Shown: positions 26,027 through 38,824 of the stretch, piece after piece | How positions within the stretch are numbered: the first letter of the stretch is position 1 | How the letters are laid out: each line of letters opens with the position of its first letter | Assembly (NCBI GenBank): GCA_013265495.1 | Contig: MU057711.1 | Span: 930,001-994,000 of the forward strand | DNA from: Vicugna vicugna | Lineage: Eukaryota | Direction of reading: 5' to 3' | DNA: 64,000 nucleotides | The notes under the pieces: model-generated | Databases searched by the model: none | Told to the model about the DNA's origin: nothing | What the model saw: the letters and a program-made list of their open reading frames with translations, nothing else | Made by a program: the position numbers and the translations under genes

Positions 26027-26560
26027 TTGGAAACAAGTGTTCGAACAAAACTGGTGCACGAATGTTCACAGTAGCCCTATTCACAATAGCCCAAATGTGG
26101 AAACAACCCAAATGTCCATCACCACACGGATGGGGAAACAAATTGTGGTGTAGATATATACAACAGAATATCATTCAGGCATAAAAAAGAATGAGGTGCT
26201 GATACATGTACAAAACGGATGAACCTTAGAAACATTATACTAATTTTTTAAAAAGAGGCCAGACAACAAAAGGCCACATACTGTGTGATTCCATTTACTG
26301 AAATGTCCAGAATAGGCAAATCTATAGAGACAGGAAGCAGATTAGTGGTTGCCAAGGGACTGGGGGAGGGAGAAATAGGAAGTAACTGCTTAATGTGTAT
26401 CAGGTTTTCTTTTGGGTGATGAAAAATGATCTAGAAATATATAGTGGTGATGAGTGCACAACACGGTGAATATACTAAATATCACTAATAGTAAACTTTA
26501 TGTTAGATATATTTTACCACAATTAAAACAAAAACTTTCCTAGAAAGCAAAAAAAAAAAA
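26027..26560 (+). mobile_element. L1MB-like 3' end
   Basis: L1 3' UTR with A-tail; flanked by near-duplicate atctttttcagaa. Confidence 0.88.
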
Positions 26561-27819
26561 TCTTTTTTCAGAAATCCTTTTCAGAGATCTCAAATTAATA
26601 CTTACCCTAAGTTCCCCAAAGGGAAAATTAACCAATTAAGAAGTTGATTTACACTGGTGTATGCATTTGTCAGAACTTCTTGAATTGTGCTTAACGTCTG
26701 TGTGTTTCACTGTATGTAAATTTTATCTTAATAAAAGTTAGCCAATCAAAAGTAACAAAAATTACAACTGTACTACATATAAAAATAATCTGTGGAAATG
26801 TGATATTGTACTACTCATAGGAAAGGTTGAAATACACAGCTTCTGGGAACCCAAGTATTCATCCACCCTGCTGTGTAGAGTCTTAGGAAGCATGTCATAA
26901 AGTTATTTAAATTACCACTGAAGTGTAGAAGGAATTCACACGTGGAATTGCAATCAGGTTAGGTGTTCAGCAGCCTGGAGGTCCCAGCATGTTCCTGAGA
27001 CAGATGTTCACAACAGTAGGGAACTTGCTTCCTGGTCATGGGAAGTCTGAGCATAATTTCACTTAAAGTTCTTCAGCCGTATGGCAGTCAATAATGATAA
27101 ATATCCAGTGCACATAAAAATGTTTAAAATTGCTACATGGCTAGCTAATCCATTGCTATATCCTTATGTCAGCATTGCATAATATATAAAATCATATGTT
27201 ATTGTATCTGACAAATGCATCATTGAAAGATTTTTCTCTTACCTAAATTGGAAGCATCCAGTAACACTATTCCAAACAGATGCAAATATTTAACAACATT
27301 CACCAAATACTTATTAAAGATAAGTTACCTAGGATTATAATATTAGCATTCAATTCTATATTCCCCATTTTACGTTAATTAGATTTCTCAGTCATCTTTT
27401 ATCTAACTGGAAGTTGAGGGTGATTGTGAAAGCTTTCAGTTCTTAAGGAATTTGATAAGTTTTAATGTTTAGCTCTTCCTTGTTCATTCTTTTACATGGG
27501 TTATATGAAACAACCCTTTAAAAAAGCCTAAGTAAAATTGTGCAAGGGAAAAAAATGAAACTACAAACTCCAGGAAAACAAAAAGCTGATAGAGGAAAAA
27601 AGTTATTGTAAAACATTTCTTGGCTCTGCAGTGAACATTTATAATGTCAAAATAGAAATCCTGTTTATTAAATTTCAATGTTTAGAATCTATAGTTAGAC
27701 AACATACAGATATAACTTTGATTATAAGAAAGAAAATAAATGCTATTAATTTTGTCAATGTATAAGTTCAAATTATAGAAGTTGAAAGGCAGAAGGGAGA
27801 AGAATTCAAAGTGAGAGGG

Positions 27820-27937
27820 CTATGAAAACAAATATAAGTATGTATACGCATGACTGAAACATGCTATTCACCAGAAATTGATACAACATTGTAAATTGAC
27901 TATACTTCAATTAAAAAACAAAACAAAACAAAACAAA
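27820..27937 (+). mobile_element. Short lineage-specific L1 3' end
   Basis: (AAAAC)n tail; TSD aaagtgagaggg at 27808-27819 and 27938-27949. Confidence 0.88.
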
Positions 27938-28039
27938 AAAGTGAGAGGGGTAATTTCATTTCACAAAGAGGGAGCCAAAAGACACTGCATACTTAATGGA
28001 ATTAGAAGTAAAGGTATCAATACATGACTAAAAGTTACT

Positions 28040-28990
28040 GGAGTAGACACACTACCCAACCAATATCCACGCCCCTCTGCTTCTTAGTAGCAGAACGCCA
28101 GCTTTGCTCAGGGTGTCAATGGGCCCAGGCACAGGCCATGGATTATTCACAAAGATATGGTTTTCAACACTGGTTGCACGTTGGAACTACATGGAGGAGA
28201 TTATAATTTAATTGGTTTAGGGCAAAGTGGCTTAGTCTTGACACTATTGACATATTGGACTGGATAAATCTTTGTGGTGGGGGGCTGTCCTCTGCATTGT
28301 AGGATATTTGGCAGTATCATAACTATTACCCACAAAATGCCAGGAACACCTCACTCCTATTCATGGCAACAAGAAATATCTCCAAGACATTGCCAAATGT
28401 CCCATAGGGAACAACATCACCCCTAGATGAGAACCACCAGATGAGGATAATACCATATACACATCAGTACATCTTAAAATATCCCTAGAAGATTCCAATA
28501 TGCAGCCAGTGCTGAAGACTACTGATCTAAGCCAATGATATCAATCCTGTTTCCTGCAGGTTTCTCCAGCAATCTGGCAGGTAGGTGTGGCCATGTGACT
28601 TACTTCCAGCCAATGAGGTTTAAGTAGAAGTTTGCTGGTGGGAAGAGATCTAAGAAATCTTATGCTTTCTTGATAAAAGGCCACCAACATAGCTCCTAGT
28701 TCTTGTCCATTTTCCTGTTCTTCCTTGCTTGTATACAGATGTGATGTCTGGAGCTGCAGCAGCCATCTTGTAATCAAATGGAGACAAGCATGATCATAAA
28801 AGCTAGCCTATTATGGGCAGCAGAGAGGAAAGATAAAGAGAACCTAGGCCCCTGCTGACAGTTTTTGGCAGCTGAACTAACAATAAACCGGATTTGTTAT
28901 GTGAGGAAAAATACCTCCTTATGTGTTTAAGTCACTGTAATCAGGTTTCTATTATTTGAGTGAAAAGCAATCACAACTGCTATAGTTACA
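28040..28990. mobile_element. Nested cluster: MLT1 LTR containing MER5-like containing MER20-like hAT elements
   Basis: MER20-like 28220-28440 (gacattgccaaatgtccc...gagaaccac) inside MER5-like halves inside MLT1-like sequence (gtgatgtctggagctgcagcagccatcttg). Confidence 0.7.
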
Positions 28991-29124
28991 AATGTAATGA
29001 AGAGAGAAAGTAAAAATATATAATACTATATTGGTGTGACAGGGCAGGGGAGAAGAGAGAGTAGTACAAACAAGTTAAACATTCATATCTCATAACAGGA
29101 AGTCTACAGAGATAAATCAAAACC

Positions 29125-29900
29125 AGTTACATATACCCAAAAGAATTGAAAACAAATGTCCATACAAACACTTGTAAATGAATGTTCATAGCAGCATTAT
29201 TCATAATAACCCCAAAGAGAAAAAATAGACCAAATATTCACCATCAACTAATTAATGGACAAAGTGTGGTACATCCATCCATACAATGGAATATTATTCA
29301 GCCATAAAAAGAAATGAAGTACTTAAACATATTACAATATGGATGAACCTTGAAAACATCTTGCTAAGTGAAAGAAGCCAGATAACAAATGGTCACATAT
29401 CGAGGGGGAAGGATAAATTAGGAGTTTGGGATTAACATATACACACTACTATATATAAACTAGATAAACAGCAAAGACCTACTGTATAGCACGGGGAACT
29501 GTAGTCAGTATTTTGTAATAACTCATAGTGGAAAAGAATCTGAAAAAGAATAGATATATATGTATAACTGAATCACTTTGTTGTTCACCTGAAAACTAAC
29601 ACAACATTGTAAATCAATTATGCTTCAATAATAAAAAAAAGTTACATATTGTGTGACTATCTGTATGAAATGTCCAGAAGAGTCAAATCCATAGACACAC
29701 AAAGTAGATGAGTAACTGTAAGGGCTAGGGGGAGGAACAATGAGGAATGAGTGCTAATGAATATGGTTTTCTTTGGAGGGGTGATGAAAATGTTCTAGAA
29801 TTAGTGGTGATGGTCACACAACTGTATGAATATACCAAAAAAAATCACTGAATCGTACTCTTTAAAATGATGAATTTCGTTTCATGTGAATTATACTGCA
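29125..29900 (+). mobile_element. L1MB-like 3' UTR with a nested younger L1 3' end (about 29402-29640)
   Basis: Two L1 3' UTR types; TSD-like gtcacatatcg / gttacatattg. Confidence 0.85.
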
Positions 29901-32900
29901 ACAAAACAAAATCAAGAACAGAAACAGCTATGTAGGTGGAGTATGAGAGACACGGACGGGTCCACCGAAAGCCACACTTGAAAGTGATTCCCTCTTAGGA
30001 GCAGGAGCGGAACTTGGGTGGAAACAAGAAACAACTAACATTTCATTATTACCCCTTCTGTATCACTTGATCTTCTTAAACATGTTTGTGTTACTTTGAC
30101 AAAAGAAAAATGAGTGGCATAAGAATATTTCTTTCTTTGTAGCCGTGGCTAAGTTTAGCGACTCCAGTGAGGGAGAACTTTTTCTCTCTCTCATTTCCAG
30201 GCATGTTGCCAACTTACATCCCTTTCCTTTCCTGCTGGTCTCTGCCAACGTGGTGTCAGACACTGAAAACTAGCTATGAAGTAAGAAAGCGTCTAAGAAA
30301 AATGAAAAGCACATTCTTAACTAAAATCACACATTTATAATTCTTCAGGCCCAAGACTAGCACAATGTTTTTCATAATAAGGAAAAAGTGAGACATATCC
30401 TAACTCAAAAATAAACTCCAAATCCCTTTAAGAGCTTTTCACAAGAATAAGAAAGGAGTGTGTTGAACAGCAGTGGCCTGTCACATCAACCGGAATCTTA
30501 GTTCCAAACCAGTGGGACCAAACTCTGAAGATATCAAAGTGGAAGTTTAGGCTCCCCCACGGGCAATCTGTTTACCTGGAGAAGGCACTTTCCTCCTGCA
30601 AAAGACTAAGAAAGGCCTGTAATCTAAGGCTTTAACCACCTCATCCTTAATCCACAGCCCCGACTTCTTACGAGATGGAACTCCAATGGAGAAGAAAAAA
30701 AATAGACATACTTTCATTGATGCCCTATGATGTCAGCACCTGGTTGAACGTTTGACGGTGAGAGTGAACGTGAAGGGGGTGTATTTCTCCCCAGTCCCAC
30801 CCCTGCTTCTGCCTCCCTGTGACTTCTGCCAGATCCATATGCAGAACCTAAAACAAAACAATTCAGAAGCGCTTTTAGCCTCTGCTGGCTACTTCTGGTT
30901 GTTGCCCAACCCAGAAGCACAAACTGCCTACGTATTGCTTAGAGCAAGGAGCAAAAGCTCTGGCTTCTAACATGGACAGACTTCCTGGAAGTCGATCTGT
31001 GCCTTTAAAATTCTTCAGGCCCAGTAAGATCTTTTCTCATTCCACCTGCTTCTTATACCACAATCTCACATTTTCTCTCTACTTTCTTAAAGCATCCTGA
31101 CCCTCATGTGCCCTCGCCACCCCCACTCACCCCAGGGGAATTTTTTCATACGTTCCAGTAGTTACAGGGGATGGACAGAAGAACTCGGATGCGGGCAGCC
31201 GGTCCTTGATCTTGCCGACCTCACTGCCGGCCTTCGTGTTGTTTTCATCAAGCCCCACAGAAAGTGGGCCCAAATGGGAGGATTCTGATTGACTTTAGTT
31301 ACTAACCCATGCGGTGTTTCCTGCCAGCATTGCCATTTCGAGTTGAGAAGGCCTACATGAGCCGAAGGAACAATGACGGTGGAATTTACGATGCCGCGTT
31401 TGAGCGTCAGGAAGAACTCAGCTCCCACTTCATACCCGACCCCCATAATGAGAAAAGAGGGCACCCCCACCCCTGAGGTGGGCTGAGTGGCAGGATGGCT
31501 GCCGACAGCACCAGGCTCACCTCCTGCCAGCTTGGTAACATCCGTGAAAATGGGTGTCTTGTTCCCAGTAGTTCCGGCAGGTCTCAGAACTGAATCCCAT
31601 CGACCTGGTTGGAGGCACTGTGCTCATCCCTCTACCAATCATTGCAGCCAACTGGGAGGCTTCTTGTTGGCTATGCCTAGGTCACGTGTCCACCCGCCTG
31701 GATTACGTGGGCTGATTGTATGGGAGGGAAACTGGGGGTGTAGTTATCAAAAAGAGGGGGAGGTAAATATCAGAGAGACTAGAACAATGGCCTTATATAT
31801 GTCAACGTAAAAAAACAAACAGACAACAAGAAAAGATGAGAGCAAACCCTGGGGACATGCACGTCACTCACAATCCCGAGACAGATAGGTCTTTGGGAAC
31901 ATTGTCTCCGTACTATTTAATAACACGCTCTTTGTCACTTATTTATTGAGCGCTGGATGTACTCAGTGCTCTGAGCTCAGCAAGGAGGTCTGGACAGTAA
32001 GACAGGGTCATAAAGTAAGCACATTTGAAAATCTCTTGATATAAATGACCCCCCCCAAAGGTCATCTGTGTCCCCCATTCACGGTGCCTGGAGCCCTGGT
32101 TCCCTACACCCTGTCCCAGAGCAGCACAGACGGAAAACTGTCCTCCCACAGAAGAGATCACTTCCCAGGAAGGCATTTTCGGGAGCCTCCACCTCCAACT
32201 CACATCTCTGAGGCTGACAAGTTGGAAAGGCTGGATAATGTGTCCCTCACACCCTTTCACCTCCTTGTGGAAGGTGCTACGCCCCCTTCTGCTGTCCGTC
32301 CCCCCTGCTCCCCTCAGGCCTTGGCTGGGGATGCCTTAAGGCAGGACCTTTCCAGGGACATTTGCATTTTAATCACAGGGCCTGGGAAGATTGAATGGTG
32401 GAATTTCAGACATCTGACCTGCAGCAGAGGAAATCCTGTCTTTTGATGTCAGGCAGACTGAGTTTGATTCCCAGCTTCACTGCTTATTAAGTATGTGGCT
32501 TTGGAGGAAATATTTAGCCTTACCAAGTCTCCAGTCATTTTGAGGATTAATTTAAAAGAACGACTGGATTTCAGATACCCATCGGGGATCTAGTTTAAGT
32601 TAGGCACCCAGTAAACATGTTACTATTATCATTAATTAATATTATTTATTCTCAGAGGAATACAGAGATGGGGACCTGCTTTGCTGGTTGATGTTTGCCA
32701 AGTCCCTGCCCTTCTGTGGACAATAAGGATTGGGCTAGATGTTCTGTTTGCGTTGGGGCCTGCGGTTCCCAAGTGCAGGGCATGGTAGAAATCCAATGCC
32801 AGCGAGCGGCGTGGTGTGTGTACGTGCACCTGTGTGTGGATTATGCATGTGTCCCTTTTCACTAGGTGGAACCCTAAAATCCAAGCAGTCAGAGAACCAT

Positions 32901-33390
32901 GGTAATCACTCCAGTGTTTGGGAAAGCCTGAGAGGCGGGCAGGGAGCCAAGTGTGCAGAAGACGAAGTTTGGGTGGCCAGCGAGGGCTAGTTGCTCCCTC
33001 TCCTTCCTTAGGCTGCTCAGAAGGCGCGAAGGGGCTGGGTGGGCCCAGGGTGAGACCTTAGCAACTCTATCTCCGTGGAAAAGGGATGGCAGGCTCTGGC
33101 CTCCTGTGGGGTGCTGGCTGGCGGCCAGGCCTTGCTGTCAATGTTCTGCAGCTAAATTGGGTCCAGCTGTTGCCCAGGAATCCGATCTTAACAAACTCCT
33201 TCCTGGGGCAGCCTGTCCTTCCTCCTGTGGGAAGCCTCAGCCCCTGAGCCTGCAGCCTGGGTGGAGGTTTTGGAGGGCCCTGGGCCAGGGGGCAGTATTC
33301 CCTAGCTGAGCTAATTTATGGCCAGGTTATCACATTCATCAAGTGTCAGGACGATGGGCTGGGTCCCTTTCAAAGGTGCTTGAATCCCAC

Positions 33391-34050
33391 TGTTGCCAAT
33401 AGATGCAACTGGTGTTCCAGGTTCTTGTCCCATCCCAGAAAGAATTCAGAGACAAGACTTAGAGGTTAAAAAAAGGTGAAGTGAGGCTTTATTAAAGGAT
33501 GGATAGTACACTCTCAGGGGAGAGCGGGCAGGCTCAGGTGAGCGGCTACCCTGAGTTTCTTTGGCAAGTTAGCTACACAGGGTGTAAAAATGAATGGGCA
33601 GAATATTCATTGGGGAGGGAAGGGTTTGGGGTCGTATTTCCTGATTATCATCCCAACTCCACCCTCCCAAAGGGAGGAGGGATTTTTGTCCTTATTTAGT
33701 CTGGATCGGAAGTGTCATGGCATTGGTGCATGATGGGTACTTCTGATCTGCAAAGCTAATTTTATTGAAATGAGGGCATAATGAGCAAAAGGTTACATGT
33801 GGACACTGGAAATTCCTGCCTTTTCTCACCTTTCTTTGTTCTTCTCCAGGCCACTTGTCACCCCCAAAAAGCACGATCCCTTATCAGCCCCCAGGTTCCT
33901 GCTTTTCTCTCTCTGCCCAGGGACCGCTGGTGCTTACAGGGTGTGTGGTTTCCTGCACTTGGCCTGTGCCCCTGCTTTCTGCCCAATTCCTGCCATTTGG
34001 TCTGTATCCCCCTTTCTCTGCTCATAGCTAGCTTTCTGCCTGCTCTAACA
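33391..34050 (-). mobile_element. ERV1-type solo LTR
   Basis: TGTT...AACA inverted termini, exact 4-bp TSD CCAC, minus-strand AATAAA 33493-33488. Confidence 0.92.
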
Positions 34051-36590
34051 CCACCTCTCCATCTTGGGAGCCATCTCCAGACCAGCTTGATTTCTCGTGT
34101 CATTAAATAAACTTTCCTTTACTGAGGTTCTCTCTCCACCAAGCTTGGGAGGGTTAGGCTGCTTAGAGCCCAGGGGTGGGGTGTGGGGGTGTGTTTAGGA
34201 GCTCAGAGTTGGTCAGGGTTGGTGCTCCATTGCCCTCCTCGGTTTTGAGCTGTTTCCCAGCTCTTTCCCATCCTCCCTCTTTTTTTAAGGTCCTGTCTTC
34301 CTACAAGGCTACAAAGCACCTAAGGGGATAAAATAGCTCTGCAAAGTAGGCTGTATTATCTGCTCAGAATAACTGTTAAATCACCTGCTGGAAGACAGGA
34401 CAGCAAAGGCTGGTGGAGCCACAGCTTAAGTCCAGGACCCGCTGACTCCAGGCGGGTATTTCTCCCACTCTTGCTTGGTGCGCTTACCCAGCACTGGGCG
34501 TGGCATCTGGGATAAAGAGGTGAACTCGCATCCCTGACTTGGGGAGCTCGTAGTGCAGGGAGCCATGAATAACTAGTAGACAGAGAAGGGGGCAGAGCAG
34601 AGCTGGAGATAATGGTGCAGATGCAAACCCAAGACCATCCATGCAGAGGTGATGACCGAAGTCCGAGACGCTTGTGCTGGGGGTTAGCAACTCTCTGAAG
34701 GGGAGCAGGACGTGACAACTCAATGCCACAAGAGATTCCAGGTGGCTTTAGAATCAGGGAAAAAAATGCTTCAAAGGACATGAATTAGGGCAATGGATGA
34801 AATTTAAATTCAGGCTGTATGTTAGATAACAGTAAAGTGTCAATATAAAATTCCCTTAGTTAATAATTAAATTGCAGTTATATAAGAGAATGTCCTGCCC
34901 TTAGGAGGTACAGCTGAAGTATTTCAGGGCTATGGGTCCCGATGGCTCTAACTCCTCTCCCATGGTTCAGCAAATAATAATAGTGAGTATATACATGTAG
35001 AGATTAAAGCCAAGTGGCAAAATGTCAGCAGTTTAGAATGAATTTAGGTAAAAAGATATAAGTGTATTTACTGCAACTTTTCTGTAGGCTTGAAATTCTT
35101 CCAAATGAAAAGTTAATGTAAGGAAGTGAGACCCAGGAGAGGAGGCCACAAAGGAGAAGAGCAGCGGGAGAGGGCAGGGTCCTGGCAGCCGAGAGAGGAT
35201 GTGAGTCCAGGAAGGCAGCAGAAGCTGCAGGCTGGTGGGAGTTGGCAAGAACGTGGGGGAAGCTGAGGAGCAGCTGGTGTCCAGGGGAGAGGGTGCTGCC
35301 AGTCTCAGGGTTTGGAGTGCAGGAGAGCTGGGGGTGCCAGGAGTGGAGAGGGCACCTTCTAGGTTTTCTCCAGAGATGGGCTGGAGGACTATGGGGCAGG
35401 CTTGGGGAGCCCAGCAGGGCCGCACAAAGGTCAGGAGAAACCTGAGCCCTTTACTCAGATGAGGCAAAAGGAGTGATGGGGAGAGATTTGATGAAGAGCC
35501 AAAACAGCCCTCGTTTTCTGTCCTTCAGGGCTCTTATCAGTGTGGAATTGTTTCATCTTAAGATATTTGTTATCTGCTATGTGAGCCCCATGAAGTGTAA
35601 GCCCCCTGGCCTGGCCTGGCCTTGGGTGGATCTGGACACCTGAGCTCTGGTCCAGATCTGTCAGTAATGATGGGTTGGGCCACGTGAGTCACCTCTCCTC
35701 CATGAGCCTCAATTTCTTCATCAATATAAATGAGAATAGTGGTTATAAATTAATGTGGGTGGGCAGCCGTGTCATAGAGGAAGCCTGAAATTGAGTCAGG
35801 TCAGGTCTGGGTTTGAGTCTCCGTTTTCTCACTTTTCAGGCTTGTGACTGGGCAAGTCACTTAACCTCAGTGACCCCGTTTCTCATCTGTGAAATGGGCG
35901 TGATGTCAGCTCCCTCCAGGGCTACCAACAGTAGTGCTTTATCTCAAAGCTCGGCAGTGGGGCAGCTTTTCCGGTGATTCATTATGCTGTGGGTAAGAAT
36001 TCTCTGTACATGCTAGTCATCGTTATTAATAATCAACTTAAGGCCATGAACTTGTCATTTAGGAAGGAAGCCTGGGGGGGTGGACATTACGCTGGGAAAC
36101 CCCCCCAGTCTAGCTGCATTCTTTTTCCTCTTCTCTGCTGGCTGAGGAAATCAGCTGGTACCAGGAGGGCCTGAGGGACCAGACAAGCTCTTTCCCTGAA
36201 AGGAAGGCCTAGTTCTTGCTTTTCCCCACCTCTCCCTGAGGGGCCCAACCCCCACCCCCTCACCTCAGTCTAATCATGAGGAGAAATTTGAGGCAAATCC
36301 CAATGGATGAACGTTGTATAATACATGTGACCCGTTCTCAGAACTGTCAAGGTCATCAGAAACAAGGCAAGTCTGAGGAACTGTCACAGCCAAGAGGAGC
36401 CTCAGGAAACGTGACGGCTAAATCCTGAGTGGGATCCTGGAATAGGAAAAGGGCATTAGGGAAAATTAAGGAAATCTGAGTCAAGCATCGGCTTCAGTTC
36501 ATAATGCATCAATATTGCTTCATTTGTGGTAACGGATGTGCCACATATACTCACGATGTTAATAATAATAGGAGGAATTGCTTGTGGGGC

Positions 36591-36935
36591 TGTTATGAAC
36601 TGAATATTTGTGTTCTCTCCAAGTTTGTACGTTGCAATCCTAACCCAGAATGTGACGGTGTTAGAAGGTGGGGATTTGGGGGTGATGAGGTCATGAGGGT
36701 GGAGCCATCCTGAATGCGATTAGCGACCTTATAAGAGGAGACACAAGAGCTTGGTTATGGTCTCTTCTCTCTGCCAGGGGAGGATGCAAGGGGAAGACAG
36801 ATGTCTGCAAACCAGGAAGAGGCCCTCACTGAGACACTGGCTCTGCCAGCGCCTTGATCTTGGACTTTCCAGCCTCTGGAACTGTGAGAAATAAATGTGA
36901 TTGTTTCAGGCACCAGTTTATGGTATTTCTGTTAG
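36591..36935 (+). mobile_element. MaLR solo LTR (MLT1A-like) inside an old L1 3' UTR (about 36270-37010)
   Basis: tgttatgaactgaat start; 'cttgatcttggactttccagcctctggaactgtgagaaataaa'. Confidence 0.88.
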
Positions 36936-37547
36936 GGCAGGGGCAGTATATGGGAACTGTGAGCTCTCTGCAAATTTTCCAAAAATCTCCATCTGTTTTT
37001 AAAGAATTTACTTTGAAAGATGCCTGTTTTCAACAGAATAAGAAGATGGTCACCAAAATGGTAATTATCTCAGGGAGGGGGGAGTTCAGATCTTTTTTAT
37101 TTTCTTCCTTATCCTTTCGGGTATTTTTTGGTATTTGTTACAGTAAAATTTTTAAATTTAAGGAGAGGGAGGGAGGGAGGGAGTAAGGGTGGGAGAGAAG
37201 GAGGGAGTAAGGGTGGGAGAGAAGGAGAGAAAGAGAGAGAATGAGAAAGGGAGGGGGAGAGAGAAGGAAGGCAGGAGGGAGGGAGGGAGTCTAAAGCATA
37301 CGGGGCATGCAGGCCCCACCCAGCTCAGCCATCAGCTGACGCAGGGTGAGATGCAGGGAGGCAAATGAGCTCTCAGCGGTGCAGAGGTGCCTCAGCCTTT
37401 CCCCAGAGGCCTGTGTCCTTCTCAACCCTGGCGCAGGTTTGCTTGGGGCCCAATGAGGGTGCGAGTTCCAGCATCTCCATCCCAAGTACAGTGGCTCCCC
37501 CCTCCCAGGGCAGGCTGCACCCCAGTGCGCTGAGGGCTGGGGGGGCT

Positions 37548-37812
37548 GGCCTGTGCAGGTGGATGACTCAGGAGTGCTGAGAGGACCAAAACATTCATCG
37601 CCCTGGCCCGGGGCTTTTCAAGTTTCCCCAAAGCCCTCTCCCAGACAGTGACTCACCCACCATCACCCCCACCCCCACCACAGGCCTGTGCAGGTGGATG
37701 ACTCAGGAGTGCTGAGAGGACCAAAACATTCATCGCCCTGGCCCGGGGCTTTTCAAGTTTCCCCAAAGCCCTCTCCCAGACAGTGCCCCACCACCCATCA
37801 CCCCCACCCCCA
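37548..37812. repeat. Two-copy ~135-bp tandem duplication
   Basis: Copies start at 37548 and 37683; first ~100 bp identical except one A indel. Confidence 0.97.
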
Positions 37813-38429
37813 TCACCCCTACCCCGCTAGACGGCAGCTCAGAGCTGTGTCACCTCCTGCTGTGGGGGACAGGGGAGTCTGGCCTCTGAGGTCCAGACAA
37901 GCCAGGCTCCAACCCCCACCATGCTCTGGGGAGCCCAAAGTTCTCAAGTCTGGGGCAGATTCCCCGAGGCTTCACTTTCTTGTGGTTTCTTTTGGCCTTG
38001 GCTCTTTCTTCTGCGTCCGTCGTCTCTGTTCTGCTCTTTGGGGACCCCAGAGAAGTTCAGCTCCTTTGTCAGTGTCTATCACAAAGGATAAAAAGCCATT
38101 CTCACCAGTCAGGGCTTGTCTGAGGCATCAAGAGACAGGGTCACACTGTAGGCGGCATACCAAGCCCTTTAAATAATTGAGGGCCTTCCTGGACCCCTCC
38201 CTGCTCCTCCTCGCCCCTCCTCCACGTCCCTCCTTTCCCTGAGACGCTCTCGCTGTCCCTGAGCTCCAAAGTGGTCCCATCACTTTGCTGGCCAGAGCGC
38301 TCTCCTGGGTCCCTCTTCTATCTACCATTCAAAGCTCTTTCAATGCACCACAGGCAGTCCGGCTGCTGGCTTAACAGGAGAAGCTCTCTGCTGGAGGCAG
38401 CTGCATCTTTTTAATTAATCAAGTAATTA

Positions 38430-38791
38430 TTTTATTGAAGTATAGTCAGTTTACAATGTTGTGTTAATTTCTGGCGTACAGCAGAGTGCTGTTTATCTAT
38501 TTTATATATAGTAATGTGTATCTGCAAATCCCAAACTCCCAATTTATCCATTCATCCCCTCCTTTCCCCCTGGTAACCACAAGTTTGTTTTCTATGTCTG
38601 TGAGTCTGTTTCTATTTTGTAGATAAATTTATTTGTCTCTTTTTTTTTTTTAGATTCCACATATAAGTGATATCATATGGTATTTTTCTCTCTTACTCTG
38701 ACTTACTTCACTTAGTATGACAATCGCTAGGTCCATCCATGTTAATGCAAATGGCATTAACTCATTCTTTTTTATGACTGAATAGTGTTCC

Positions 38792-38824
<33 letters not shown>

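Noticed and set aside
37160..37290. Polypurine tract with a 24-bp duplication
   Set aside because: Common low-complexity sequence.
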